Shown piece by piece: positions 17,223 to 25,886 of a DNA stretch of 28,812 bases. The position numbers and the translations under genes are program-made. The stretch lies in IMG/VR virus record IMGVR_UViG_3300030107_007295, positions 1 to 28,812 of that record. One strand, 5' to 3'. Position 1 is the stretch's first letter, and the number at the start of each line of letters is the position of its first letter. This DNA is from a virus. Taxonomy: Duplodnaviria > Caudoviricetes. The notes under the pieces were generated by a model that had not been told where the DNA came from, searched no databases, and saw nothing but the letters and a program-made list of their open reading frames with translations.

Positions 17223-18511
17223 AATCCAAAATTATCACAGTCTTCATCGTTATCGCAATCCGGCTCACTAACACCTAACACACCTAAGTAATCTTCCATT
17301 GAGTTACATGGCATATAATATAAATTGCCATTATCATCGCGATGCGTGTGGCAGCCTTCGCAACCTAACTCCCTTCCTCTGTTAGTAGCTTCTTCACATG
17401 TATCAAAAATGTCTTGTCCTTGAGTATGAGTATCTGGAAGCGGACGAGTAGGTGCATTAGGTATACCACCTTGCCCATCCAATGTGGATAAATTATATAT
17501 ACCGTCATTTGTTTGCATTGTCTGATCGGAATATGTACTATCATTAGTAATGGACGTACCTAAAATATCAGTTTGAATTTGTTTACATTCCTTTTGAATA
17601 ATCTTATTTGTAGTAGTGTATTCAGTTCTATTTAACGATATTAACAACCTGTTAACTGCTCCTAATGTACCGTATGCTCTATTACTTCTTGCATAAAATT
17701 GATTAGTAAGTTTTTGAAATTTATAGATCTTATTCGCAGCTACACCTAATGTCATTTCTATGCTACCGAAAATATTATCTGATATATTTTTTAAGTTGTT
17801 AAAGAAAGTTATATCTTTAAGCATTAAATTACCTGAAGCGAAGTTTGTAAACCCTTGTTGCCACTCTGAGTTTACACGCTCTTTGGGTAGCTTATCAATA
17901 TAAGGAAGAGTATTATATTGATAAACTCCGCCTTCTTGATTATAATTAAAAACGTTTGTTGCGCTTTTAATTCCGTTGTCTATATTCTCCTGCATCTTTG
18001 GAGGTAGATGGTTGTATAAATCTAAAGCAGCATTTACTGGCTCTAAACCATACACAGTTGTTGAAATATTACTTCTTACTGCATTACCCAGAGTACCAAT
18101 TGCATTGTTTGTTGATTGTAGTAAATTTAAATTACCACCTATTAAATTAGTTATATCAACTGCTGCACACGCAAACGGTCCATTTAAAATTTGCCTTAAA
18201 TAATATAATATTGAACACTCATCAAGTTGTAGAAGACCTTGCACCGAGTTTAATTTTCTCATAAAGTCTTCTAGCTGACTCAAACCTAATTCGAAGGTCT
18301 TTAAGAAAGACTCCATAAAATCTAACTCATGTTCATCAAAGTTATGTCCTAATATAGGTCCGGATAGATTACCATCACAGTCTCTTTCTATTAAATTTTC
18401 AAACTGCTTTCTTGTAACAAAGAGAGATCTTAGGATTTCTGACTTATTATTAAAAAAGCCATTTATATCTCCTACTAACCCTCTAACTACCTGATTTAAA
18501 CAAGCTGACAT
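17219..18511 (-). CDS. Hypothetical late protein (430 aa) with a C-terminal DUF3721-like Cys/His motif
   Basis: Late motif upstream. C-terminal FDTCEEA..RGRELGCEGCHTH..YMPC. Confidence 0.6.
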   Translation of the reverse strand: MSACLNQVVRGLVGDINGFFNNKSEILRSLFVTRKQFENLIERDCDGNLSGPILGHNFDEHELDFMESFLKTFELGLSQLEDFMRKLNSVQGLLQLDECSILYYLRQILNGPFACAAVDITNLIGGNLNLLQSTNNAIGTLGNAVRSNISTTVYGLEPVNAALDLYNHLPPKMQENIDNGIKSATNVFNYNQEGGVYQYNTLPYIDKLPKERVNSEWQQGFTNFASGNLMLKDITFFNNLKNISDNIFGSIEMTLGVAANKIYKFQKLTNQFYARSNRAYGTLGAVNRLLISLNRTEYTTTNKIIQKECKQIQTDILGTSITNDSTYSDQTMQTNDGIYNLSTLDGQGGIPNAPTRPLPDTHTQGQDIFDTCEEATNRGRELGCEGCHTHRDDNGNLYYMPCNSMEDYLGVLGVSEPDCDNDEDCDNFGF

Positions 18512-18517
18512 ATAATA

Positions 18518-18523
18518 TATTTA
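18518..18523 (-). promoter_or_regulatory. Late promoter core TAAATA (its TAA is the upstream stop codon), 6 nt before ATG 18511
   Basis: Minus strand reads CTTAAATA-TATTAT-ATG. Confidence 0.75.
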
Positions 18524-20188
18524 AGTTAGTACAATTGGATTCCCACCTGGTAATTGAGTTGGATTTAAATCATTAGGGGTTTGTGAACCTGGGAGTGTTC
18601 TAATTTGCTTACCAGTCGGTATTTGATTAGGTAGGGTTAGACTTGCATCATCAACCCTACTATCTACATCAGGTCCAACATATGTCTTGACACATTGAAT
18701 TACGTTTTCATAACTATCTTTAAAGAATCTATGATGCACTTTAGTTACGAACCACCTACCTAAAATTTTAGCATCAGAAGGTGAATCATTGCCATCTAAG
18801 CCACCTGTTAATTTAAATAGATCTATAAACTTACCAGGTTGTCTAAATGTATCTCCTTGGTTGTCGAGAGTTAATTGTAAATTTAAAAACGTAAGATTTG
18901 AAACCATTTGAGCTTTAGCTATGTTAATGATTTGATCTTTATTGAAAGGAAATATCATCGGTCTTATAGTTCTCCCTCTTATTTTATTAAGAGGTACAAA
19001 TGGCTGAGGCTTACCACCGACTAAATTAAATACATCTACAAAAGATTTTTTCCATTCAGCTCTAATCTCTTCTAGAGAAACTTGATGTTGATTTTGCTGG
19101 CCTCCTAACCCATCATTATAACCTGCTGAGTAATTAATAAAAAATTCATTCCCATAATTAACCATAGGAGTTGTTACATTTGCATTCTTTAATAGCCCTT
19201 CATTTTGATTCACCGGTACATTAGTATCTTTTGGATTATTTTTATTAGTTCCGAGAACACGTGTAGTTTCATTATTGTCAGAACTACCAGTTAAATCTCC
19301 TAGACCGAATCCCTCTATAGTTAATGCTTTGTTATCCTTAAATATTTTATCTATCGCTTCTAAAGAATATTTTTGTTTTGTTCTGTCAAAGTTTAATACA
19401 CACTGCACAGGTAACGCTTCACCATCGCCTCCGGTTGAATAATTTATTCTAAGAAGATACTTTAATAAATCTGAATATCTCCAACTTAATGGACAAGTAA
19501 TATATTCTTGGTCTGCAACAAACTCACCGTTTGGTTCCCCAATCTTATGTGAACCAACATCCCAAAAATCATTATCAATAACATCTGCACCTAACACATC
19601 TACTAATAACTGTCTTATACATGAACCTACTGTAGTGTCACCAGCCTCTCGCATTGCATTAGTTGGATATACTTTATTAAAAGGTATAGCTTCATTTAGC
19701 TTTGCATAGTTCTTATCTAATAATTTATATGTTTTAAAGTTATTAGATCTATCGCTTTTAGATACACTGTTACCTTCATCTGTTATAACAAATGTATATG
19801 TTAAAGCATGTTCAGGGAAACGTTTAAATGTTTCCCACTCACAAAAAACTACATGTAAATAATCATCTCCATCTCCTGTTGTGTAATGATTATCTTCTAT
19901 GTAATCATATGGGTTGTTTACTGTTATATGACCTGCACAAAATGGTTCGAAAAAGTTTTCCTGAAGATCTAAATTAACAATAGCAGACTTAGTTAATCTT
20001 ATTGTGTTAGTTGGATCTTGCTTATCTGGATCAACTTGATCTTGTGGAAACTCTGATGTAGATATTTCAAAGTAACAATAATAATCTGCACCATTAATTT
20101 TGAATTTATTAGCATCATTTAATTCATCCTCAATAGTAGCCGTTACCACTGTTTCATCTAAAACAGGTATATTATCACCTTTAGCCAT
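18521..20188 (-). CDS. Baseplate hub protein, gp27/gpD-like
   Basis: N-terminal IVNLDLQENFFEPF..G.I and C-terminal GDTFRQPGKFID..ILGRWFVTKVHHRF..Y.N.I.CVK are typical of hub proteins. Follows gp53. Confidence 0.7.
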   Translation of the reverse strand: MAKGDNIPVLDETVVTATIEDELNDANKFKINGADYYCYFEISTSEFPQDQVDPDKQDPTNTIRLTKSAIVNLDLQENFFEPFCAGHITVNNPYDYIEDNHYTTGDGDDYLHVVFCEWETFKRFPEHALTYTFVITDEGNSVSKSDRSNNFKTYKLLDKNYAKLNEAIPFNKVYPTNAMREAGDTTVGSCIRQLLVDVLGADVIDNDFWDVGSHKIGEPNGEFVADQEYITCPLSWRYSDLLKYLLRINYSTGGDGEALPVQCVLNFDRTKQKYSLEAIDKIFKDNKALTIEGFGLGDLTGSSDNNETTRVLGTNKNNPKDTNVPVNQNEGLLKNANVTTPMVNYGNEFFINYSAGYNDGLGGQQNQHQVSLEEIRAEWKKSFVDVFNLVGGKPQPFVPLNKIRGRTIRPMIFPFNKDQIINIAKAQMVSNLTFLNLQLTLDNQGDTFRQPGKFIDLFKLTGGLDGNDSPSDAKILGRWFVTKVHHRFFKDSYENVIQCVKTYVGPDVDSRVDDASLTLPNQIPTGKQIRTLPGSQTPNDLNPTQLPGGNPIVLT

Positions 20189-20595
20189 TAGAAATGCTTG
20201 TTGTTAAAGATAGTAGCATCGGTCATCTGCTGATATATTAATCCACGTTTACTAGGAAGAATATATTTTAGCTGTTGACCGCCTTCAGCAAAAAAACTAT
20301 TACCAATAACATCTTTGTTTAGTAGATATATAATCCACCAACTGAAAATATCACCGTATACATCATACGAAGTCATAGTTAATGCTTGACGCGCAGTAAC
20401 AACATGTGTGTCTAATAGATTACTATCTATATTAGTTGGAAATTCCATTCTGTTAAGAATGTTATAAAAATAAAACTCTTTACCATCTTTGTTTTCAGAG
20501 TATACTTTAAAAATACGCTCATACCTATTAAGCGGTAGCTTAGGTAGCGCTGATACTTCATCTTGATATTTTCCTGTTGTTCCTGTTAAGCTCAT
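20188..20595 (-). CDS. gp53: Baseplate wedge subunit, gp53/LysM-like
   Basis: LT..SYDVYGD...WWIIYLLN is the gp53/gpX LysM-type motif, and the gene position fits. Confidence 0.8.
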   Translation of the reverse strand: MSLTGTTGKYQDEVSALPKLPLNRYERIFKVYSENKDGKEFYFYNILNRMEFPTNIDSNLLDTHVVTARQALTMTSYDVYGDIFSWWIIYLLNKDVIGNSFFAEGGQQLKYILPSKRGLIYQQMTDATIFNNKHF

Positions 20596-20607
20596 AATTT
20601 TAAAGGT

Positions 20608-22143
20608 TTATAGACCGTATGAATCCATGATCCTATGGAGGAGCTGGGGATCAGTAGGGGGTGGATCCTCTGGTTCAAAAGGCTGTATAGTTGCATCCTC
20701 TGGTTCAAAACCAGGTGCAGGAGGTTCAACATATGGTACGATTACACCTGGTACCCCCGGGGACGGACTATTGGGTCCTCCTGTGCTAACGTTGCTACCA
20801 GGGTTTATATTTTCTGTATCTACACCCGGTACTGGGTTTAGGTTATAAATTTGATCATCAGTTAACAAAAGATAATCTTCAAATGTTCCAGGAGCTCCAG
20901 GTCTGTCTTGAATACTCGTTGAAAAATATTCATAACTACGAACATCTGTACCATCAACTGTCAACCCAGTCCAATTAGGATCCCCACCGGTGGGATTTGG
21001 ATCTATCTTCCTTTGCGAAACATTGTTTTGTGCTTCTCTTATCCTAGCTGCTCTATCTAGATTAGCTGCTGTAGACCCAATAGATGCTTCTTCTGCTCGT
21101 TTAAGCTTTATATAGCTATCGTCTCCAGAATCAAAACCACCAAATTTATCTATTTCATCCATAAAGTTTGCTGCTTCTATAGTTAATGATCTAAATGAAA
21201 ACTGACATGTATATGCTTCTGGTACTATTCTCGAACCACCAGTAGATATAGGTAACCGTCTTCTCATTCCTAATAAACCAATGTTAAAACTTTCAAGATA
21301 CGCCCATTGTATATAACGCTGACCAGGTATAACTATATTGTATATAGCTGGAAATGTCATTCCAATAGCACCTGTTCTAAACGGTCTATTCATTCTAGTA
21401 AAATCAGTAATAAATCTATGATTTTGCTCAATAGCGTCATTATTTAAAGTATTTGATAGAGCAAAAGATAACTCCAACCCGTTATCCGTATTACTATATT
21501 GATAAAATTTTGGTGTTTCAATATACGTGCCTGGAGCACCTATTGTTTGCATTCCTGCATTAAAGTCTACATTTGTACCGAATGCTTTATTAAACAGACT
21601 ACTAGCTCCTTTTACTGAAGCTTTTGAAACTTTATCTACTAATGACTTATCACCGGAATTACCGGCAGCACCTCCGAGGTTTGCAATACCACTTGCTAAT
21701 GCTGCAGCTCCACCAATTACAGATTCACCGGCTCCTCCTAAACCTGTTAAAAACTCCCCACCTAACATTTGCGCACCTCGCTGACTGACCGGTGAAAACG
21801 TATCAGCATACTCAGTACTAAAACTACGAATATTATCTGAAAAGAAAGGAAAACTAAATCTAGTTAGAGGGTCACTACTAGTACCATATAATCTTCTATA
21901 AAAATCTAATCCAGGATTTGCACTTCTAGTACCTCCTTTTTTGTTTATAGTGCCAAAGTGTGTAGGTGATAGTATATTTAAATAACCATCTATAAACGAA
22001 CGTAATTGGGAAAATTTTAAAGCGTACGCTGACACATACGCAGAAGGAGCCTCATTACGCATTTGCGATTTACGAGCAACAGAAGTCCAATCATAGTCAT
22101 TAACTAGATCATAGCTTTGTTGGTATTTATGAGGGTCGGCCAC
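20608..22143 (-). CDS. Tube-fold baseplate protein (gp48-like tail tube cap) with a long Pro/Gly-rich C-terminal extension
   Basis: Lies between the tape measure and gp53. LSFALSNT..FPAIYNIVIPG..AYLESFNI..PEAY.C.FSF looks like a tube-initiator fold. GTG start with a late motif. Confidence 0.55.
   Translation of the reverse strand: MADPHKYQQSYDLVNDYDWTSVARKSQMRNEAPSAYVSAYALKFSQLRSFIDGYLNILSPTHFGTINKKGGTRSANPGLDFYRRLYGTSSDPLTRFSFPFFSDNIRSFSTEYADTFSPVSQRGAQMLGGEFLTGLGGAGESVIGGAAALASGIANLGGAAGNSGDKSLVDKVSKASVKGASSLFNKAFGTNVDFNAGMQTIGAPGTYIETPKFYQYSNTDNGLELSFALSNTLNNDAIEQNHRFITDFTRMNRPFRTGAIGMTFPAIYNIVIPGQRYIQWAYLESFNIGLLGMRRRLPISTGGSRIVPEAYTCQFSFRSLTIEAANFMDEIDKFGGFDSGDDSYIKLKRAEEASIGSTAANLDRAARIREAQNNVSQRKIDPNPTGGDPNWTGLTVDGTDVRSYEYFSTSIQDRPGAPGTFEDYLLLTDDQIYNLNPVPGVDTENINPGSNVSTGGPNSPSPGVPGVIVPYVEPPAPGFEPEDATIQPFEPEDPPPTDPQLLHRIMDSYGL
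20665..20710 (+). repeat. 16-bp direct repeat ATCCTCTGGTTCAAAA x2 (30-nt period) encoding FEPED twice
   Basis: Copies at 20665-20680 and 20695-20710. Confidence 0.85.
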
Positions 22144-22149
22144 TAATAA

Positions 22150-22156
22150 TATTTAT
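22150..22156 (-). promoter_or_regulatory. Late promoter core ATAAATA, 6 nt before GTG 22143
   Basis: Minus strand reads AATAAATA-TTATTA-GTG. Confidence 0.75.
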
Positions 22157-23616
22157 TACGGTGTAAGGCTATAAGCGGAATTAGTATAGTCGAATCTTCC
22201 ATCATTATAGCTTGGTCCTTGCATTCCACCGCTCATATCAGTGTTGGATGGTTGCATTACAACATTAGGTGATGCAGATGCTCCTTGTCCTTGACCAGCA
22301 ACTAGTTGCGCAGTTAATTGTACTAATTGACTTAAATGTATGTTCGAAGTTTTAATTTCACCTATAACATTATCCGAGCCCATTATGTCGCCTATTACTC
22401 CCCCGCTCTTAGCTGCAATAATATCATCTTTTTTATTAATAGGAATTATTTTATTTCCCTTAATTACTACATCGTCAAAGGGGTTTAAATATGAACCAAC
22501 TGCTTTAACTCCTTCCCAAGCACCAGAGCCAAAATCTTTTACTTTACCAACTACCCAATCAGCAGCTCCAGTTAACCATCCGTAAATTTTATCCATCATT
22601 CCTTTGAATATAGAAATAAACTTGTTAGCAATACTTCCAAAGAACTCACCTGGAGACGGTAAGTTAATATTTTCAATGACTTTGCCAACAGATTGACCAG
22701 CTTTAGCTAACCAACCTATAACAGCACCAATAAAAGGAAGAGCTTTATTAAAATATTCTGCAGCACCTTTGAAATCACCTTTAAATATAGCACCGAAACC
22801 TTTTCCGAGATTTATTATATTTTGTACACCAGGTAAGTTTAAAGCAAAATCTTTAATTTGTCCCCAAAAATCAACACCACCTGCTGGTGCTACAGTTTTA
22901 TCTTCACCAGTTTCTTTATTCAAATCATATAGTAATAATGCACCATCAATGAGAATGGAAGCTATATTACCCACACCGGTAGGTAGAAGATTTAATATAC
23001 CAGATAAAAATTCAAATACAGCAGGTATATATTCGCCTTTCTTCCACCGTGCTATACCAAAACCAAAACTGAAAAGGGAACCTATAACAGGTATAAACCT
23101 ACCAAATTTTAATAATCTTTTACCTATCTTTCCAGCTATGCCAGTTAATGTAGCTAAAAGTTTTCCACCTTTTATTGCTGTAAAAAACCCCTTTGCTACA
23201 TTTCCCATAGGTTTAAGTATTTTAGGTAATGTTTTAGTTATAAACTCTCCTACCGGTCCTAAGAAATCTGCTAACCAAGTAGCAAAAGCTGTAATACCAG
23301 CTCCTAAGGCTAGGAGTAGAGGTAATTTTAATTTACCTGGCTTCATTGCAGCTCCCTTTGTTGCTGTTGCTGTTGCTTTCTCAGCTGGGGTAGTAGCTGT
23401 AGCACCAAAAGTATCTTTTTCGTTCTTTTTCTTAACTGTAAAAAAAGCATTAGCAAGAGCTGTACCTATATTAAAAGCTCGTCTTGCTTCATTAGACTTC
23501 AAAACCGGATTAACTTTATCAGAACCTCTTACATCCCGATCTTTAACAGACTTTCTATTATTTTTGCTGTTAGATTGGCTTAATGCCTGTATTAAGTCTA
23601 GAGTTTCGTCATCCAC
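22156..23616 (-). CDS. Tape-measure-like / hub protein (gp29-like, 486 aa)
   Basis: Gly/Ala/Lys/Phe-rich amphipathic helices with hydrophobic segments (FIPVIGSLFSFGFG, ALPFIGAVIGW), downstream of the gp26-like chaperones. Confidence 0.65.
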   Translation of the reverse strand: MDDETLDLIQALSQSNSKNNRKSVKDRDVRGSDKVNPVLKSNEARRAFNIGTALANAFFTVKKKNEKDTFGATATTPAEKATATATKGAAMKPGKLKLPLLLALGAGITAFATWLADFLGPVGEFITKTLPKILKPMGNVAKGFFTAIKGGKLLATLTGIAGKIGKRLLKFGRFIPVIGSLFSFGFGIARWKKGEYIPAVFEFLSGILNLLPTGVGNIASILIDGALLLYDLNKETGEDKTVAPAGGVDFWGQIKDFALNLPGVQNIINLGKGFGAIFKGDFKGAAEYFNKALPFIGAVIGWLAKAGQSVGKVIENINLPSPGEFFGSIANKFISIFKGMMDKIYGWLTGAADWVVGKVKDFGSGAWEGVKAVGSYLNPFDDVVIKGNKIIPINKKDDIIAAKSGGVIGDIMGSDNVIGEIKTSNIHLSQLVQLTAQLVAGQGQGASASPNVVMQPSNTDMSGGMQGPSYNDGRFDYTNSAYSLTP

Positions 23617-23621
23617 ATATA

Positions 23622-23628
23622 TATTTAT
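23622..23628 (-). promoter_or_regulatory. Late promoter core ATAAATA (its TAA is the upstream stop codon), 5 nt before GTG 23616
   Basis: Minus strand reads CATAAATA-TATAT-GTG. Confidence 0.75.
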
Positions 23629-24368
23629 GTATTAGACGCAGCATCAAAGAAGGTTGGGTCAATAGCAATTGTTGTATCATCAACAGTTAATATTGATTTG
23701 TCATATTCACTAACATCCTTTAAAAAGGTAGTAATACTTTCATATAACTCTAGAGGCAACTCTTCAACAATTTTAACTCTATCAATTACTTTTAAGTCGT
23801 TAAACTCTACCGCCTGATCATCAATTGTTATAGATTCAATATGTTTAATAAGTTCAAAGATATATATTAATCCCATAGCCTCTGATAAATCTTCTGTCTT
23901 AAGTTTATCAATCTCTGAAATACACTTTTTAACAATTTGATTTTCTTCTTTAAGAGTGGGTATACGTAAATTAACTTTTATTGAATCAATAGTAGCCTTA
24001 CCATTTAATTTAAACTTAGTAGGTGCTTTTGCTTTTTTGAGACATGAGTTAATAGATATGGTTTCCCCGCTCTCAACATTAACATTATCTCCGAGAGAAT
24101 GACTTCTTAACCCTAGAATAATTGGCACTCTATCAAATGCATAAAACTGATCACCTTCAACATTTTCTAGAATTATATTGTTAATAGCCTCGGTAAACTG
24201 CAATGCACCAAGTACACCATTAACAGCTGTTGAAATTATATCTTTTTGTTGCTTTAACGTAATAGGTTTTGCAACTACATCTTTTTTGATAGAAGGTACA
24301 TACACTTTAAAGTCATTTTTTAAAGAGGATAGCTTATCTAAAAAATCACTAGTGGTTGAATTGCTCAT
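23625..24368 (-). CDS. Baseplate hub assembly protein, T4 gp26-like
   Basis: VYVPS.KK.V..KPITLKQQK, FDR..I.L.LR.HS.G, LRIPTL..E, E.LP, and FF near the C-terminus. Confidence 0.7.
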   Translation of the reverse strand: MSNSTTSDFLDKLSSLKNDFKVYVPSIKKDVVAKPITLKQQKDIISTAVNGVLGALQFTEAINNIILENVEGDQFYAFDRVPIILGLRSHSLGDNVNVESGETISINSCLKKAKAPTKFKLNGKATIDSIKVNLRIPTLKEENQIVKKCISEIDKLKTEDLSEAMGLIYIFELIKHIESITIDDQAVEFNDLKVIDRVKIVEELPLELYESITTFLKDVSEYDKSILTVDDTTIAIDPTFFDAASNT

Positions 24369-24373
24369 ACGAA

Positions 24374-24379
24374 TATTTA
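24374..24379 (-). promoter_or_regulatory. Late promoter core TAAATA, 5 nt before ATG 24368
   Basis: Minus strand reads GTTAAATA-TTCGT-ATG. Confidence 0.75.
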
Positions 24380-24388
24380 ACGAAGTAT

Positions 24389-25153
24389 CTATTTTTGCAA
24401 CTTCTCGTTCTCTTCATCACATTCTCTTTTATACAGCTCTAGATAATCTAATATGTCTACTAATGTACTATTAACGAGGAAGTTTACATCAGGTATACGT
24501 CTACTTAGTATAAACAAATACTCTCTATATGTGTTTTCATCTAGTCCGGAAAACATACTATCAATAAACAAAAACGGTGAACTACTTAAAAAATTTAAAT
24601 TAATGGGGTTATTTTTTCCTTGAAGAAGAGGGTATCTAAATGCATCTTGTTTTTCACTAACAAACTCATTTACATTGTTTAAAACATCAGCAGGTAGTTT
24701 ATTAATAATTTGTACAAACTCTTCATCAGTTAATATATCTAAGTTTAATGCTTCGCCCTCAATTGTTATGCCGCGTATAACACTTAACACGTTATCTGTA
24801 TTTACACAAAAACGTGAAGGGTAATCTAAAGTTATCTCAATGTTATCTCTAATAACTTCACGCCTTATATCTAAACACTCTTGAAATGATTCTAGAATGT
24901 ATTTGATATTAACATCCTTATCATTACCGCCAATAGTTATTTGCGCAGTAGGTCTAATACATTTTTCTCTCAACATTAGTAGAGTGATAAACTTTTCAAT
25001 AACATTTAAGTTTTTGGTAACAATAAAATCTTCTAGATAATTTAACTTTGTATGTAATGAATTATTATGAAGTAGTAGTTCGCGTATATGCTTATACAAA
25101 AATTGTTTTACTTTTACTTCCTTACCATTTGGAAGTGTGAAGGTCATGACCAT
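24389..25153 (-). CDS. Second gp26-like protein with a C-terminal gp51-like segment
   Basis: FTLPNGKEVKVKQF, IEKF..LL.LR, ITLDYP, INKLP. The last ~55 aa (Y.EYLFILS..L.N.T..D..DYL.L.K.E.DEEN.K) resemble gp51. Confidence 0.55.
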   Translation of the reverse strand: MVMTFTLPNGKEVKVKQFLYKHIRELLLHNNSLHTKLNYLEDFIVTKNLNVIEKFITLLMLREKCIRPTAQITIGGNDKDVNIKYILESFQECLDIRREVIRDNIEITLDYPSRFCVNTDNVLSVIRGITIEGEALNLDILTDEEFVQIINKLPADVLNNVNEFVSEKQDAFRYPLLQGKNNPINLNFLSSSPFLFIDSMFSGLDENTYREYLFILSRRIPDVNFLVNSTLVDILDYLELYKRECDEENEKLQK

Positions 25154-25169
25154 GTGATTAATTAATCAC
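25154..25169. promoter_or_regulatory. Perfect 16-bp palindrome GTGATTAATTAATCAC containing a variant late core TAATTA 5 nt before ATG 25153
   Basis: Read directly from the sequence; abuts the start codon. Confidence 0.55.
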
Positions 25170-25180
25170 TAATTCTATAA

Positions 25181-25849
25181 CTACAACACCGGCGGAGCTG
25201 GTACCGGTCGTGGATCACCAAATATAGGAATTGGTTGATAATTTTTAAATCCAAACGTAATTGATTTTTCAATATAGTCTGTATTATCATAGTTTAACGA
25301 ATAACCTTCAACATTTGTTGGAAAAACATCAAGAAATCTATAACCTTTACGACGTGCACCTACATTATTATATTGTACTAATTCTACTGCAGGGCAAAGT
25401 AAATTACGTAACATTAAGCCGTCGATACCTACTGCTACCATCCATGGTCTAAAAAACAAATGCTCTATATCATCTTCTGTATCAAAAAAGTTTATTACTA
25501 GATTCTTACTTAAAAAATCTGTTCGTTTTTGAACTGCATAACCAGGTAAAAAGCCACCTTGGTTCATATTACCCGCAACATCAAATTGTGTATTTTCATT
25601 CGGAACAGTAATAGAGCGAGCAGCAAGTATATTACCGATTGTATGATCTGTGTAGTCGTATGGTTGCTTAATTGCACGCCAATGCTCTTCAGGGCTTTTC
25701 TCTAGCGCAGCGTTAATTGAATATACTAAATCCTGTGGGTAGAAGAAAGACACTTTCCATAGAAATGGATGTGATAAAAAGAATTTAGATGTATAATTTG
25801 ACGTACTGTACGCATCAAGAAAATCATACGTTGGTTTATGAAATGCCAT
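25181..25849 (-). CDS. Tail tube paralog / gp54-like tube initiator
   Basis: ARSITVP..INFFDT..FFRPW..ELVQY..YRFLDVFPTNV...L.Y..SITF.F is a gp19/gp54-fold pattern. Directly follows the tube gene. Confidence 0.7.
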   Translation of the reverse strand: MAFHKPTYDFLDAYSTSNYTSKFFLSHPFLWKVSFFYPQDLVYSINAALEKSPEEHWRAIKQPYDYTDHTIGNILAARSITVPNENTQFDVAGNMNQGGFLPGYAVQKRTDFLSKNLVINFFDTEDDIEHLFFRPWMVAVGIDGLMLRNLLCPAVELVQYNNVGARRKGYRFLDVFPTNVEGYSLNYDNTDYIEKSITFGFKNYQPIPIFGDPRPVPAPPVL

Positions 25850-25855
25850 TAATAG

Positions 25856-25861
25856 TATTTA
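25856..25861 (-). promoter_or_regulatory. Late promoter core TAAATA, 6 nt before ATG 25849
   Basis: Minus strand reads ATTAAATA-CTATTA-ATG. Confidence 0.75.
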
Positions 25862-25886
25862 ATCGGCAACCTATAAGAAAGAATAA

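Noticed and set aside
22769-23635. 288-aa plus-strand ORF
   Set aside because: It is the antisense shadow of the tape-measure-like gene: TTG start, no promoter motif, and a Pro/Phe/Asn-rich composition that mirrors Gly/Lys/Ile codons.
23625-23670. Programmed frameshift at the end of the gp26-like chaperone
   Set aside because: The PTFF codons (CCA ACC TTC TTT) form no slippery heptamer, and the next gene has its own promoter motif.
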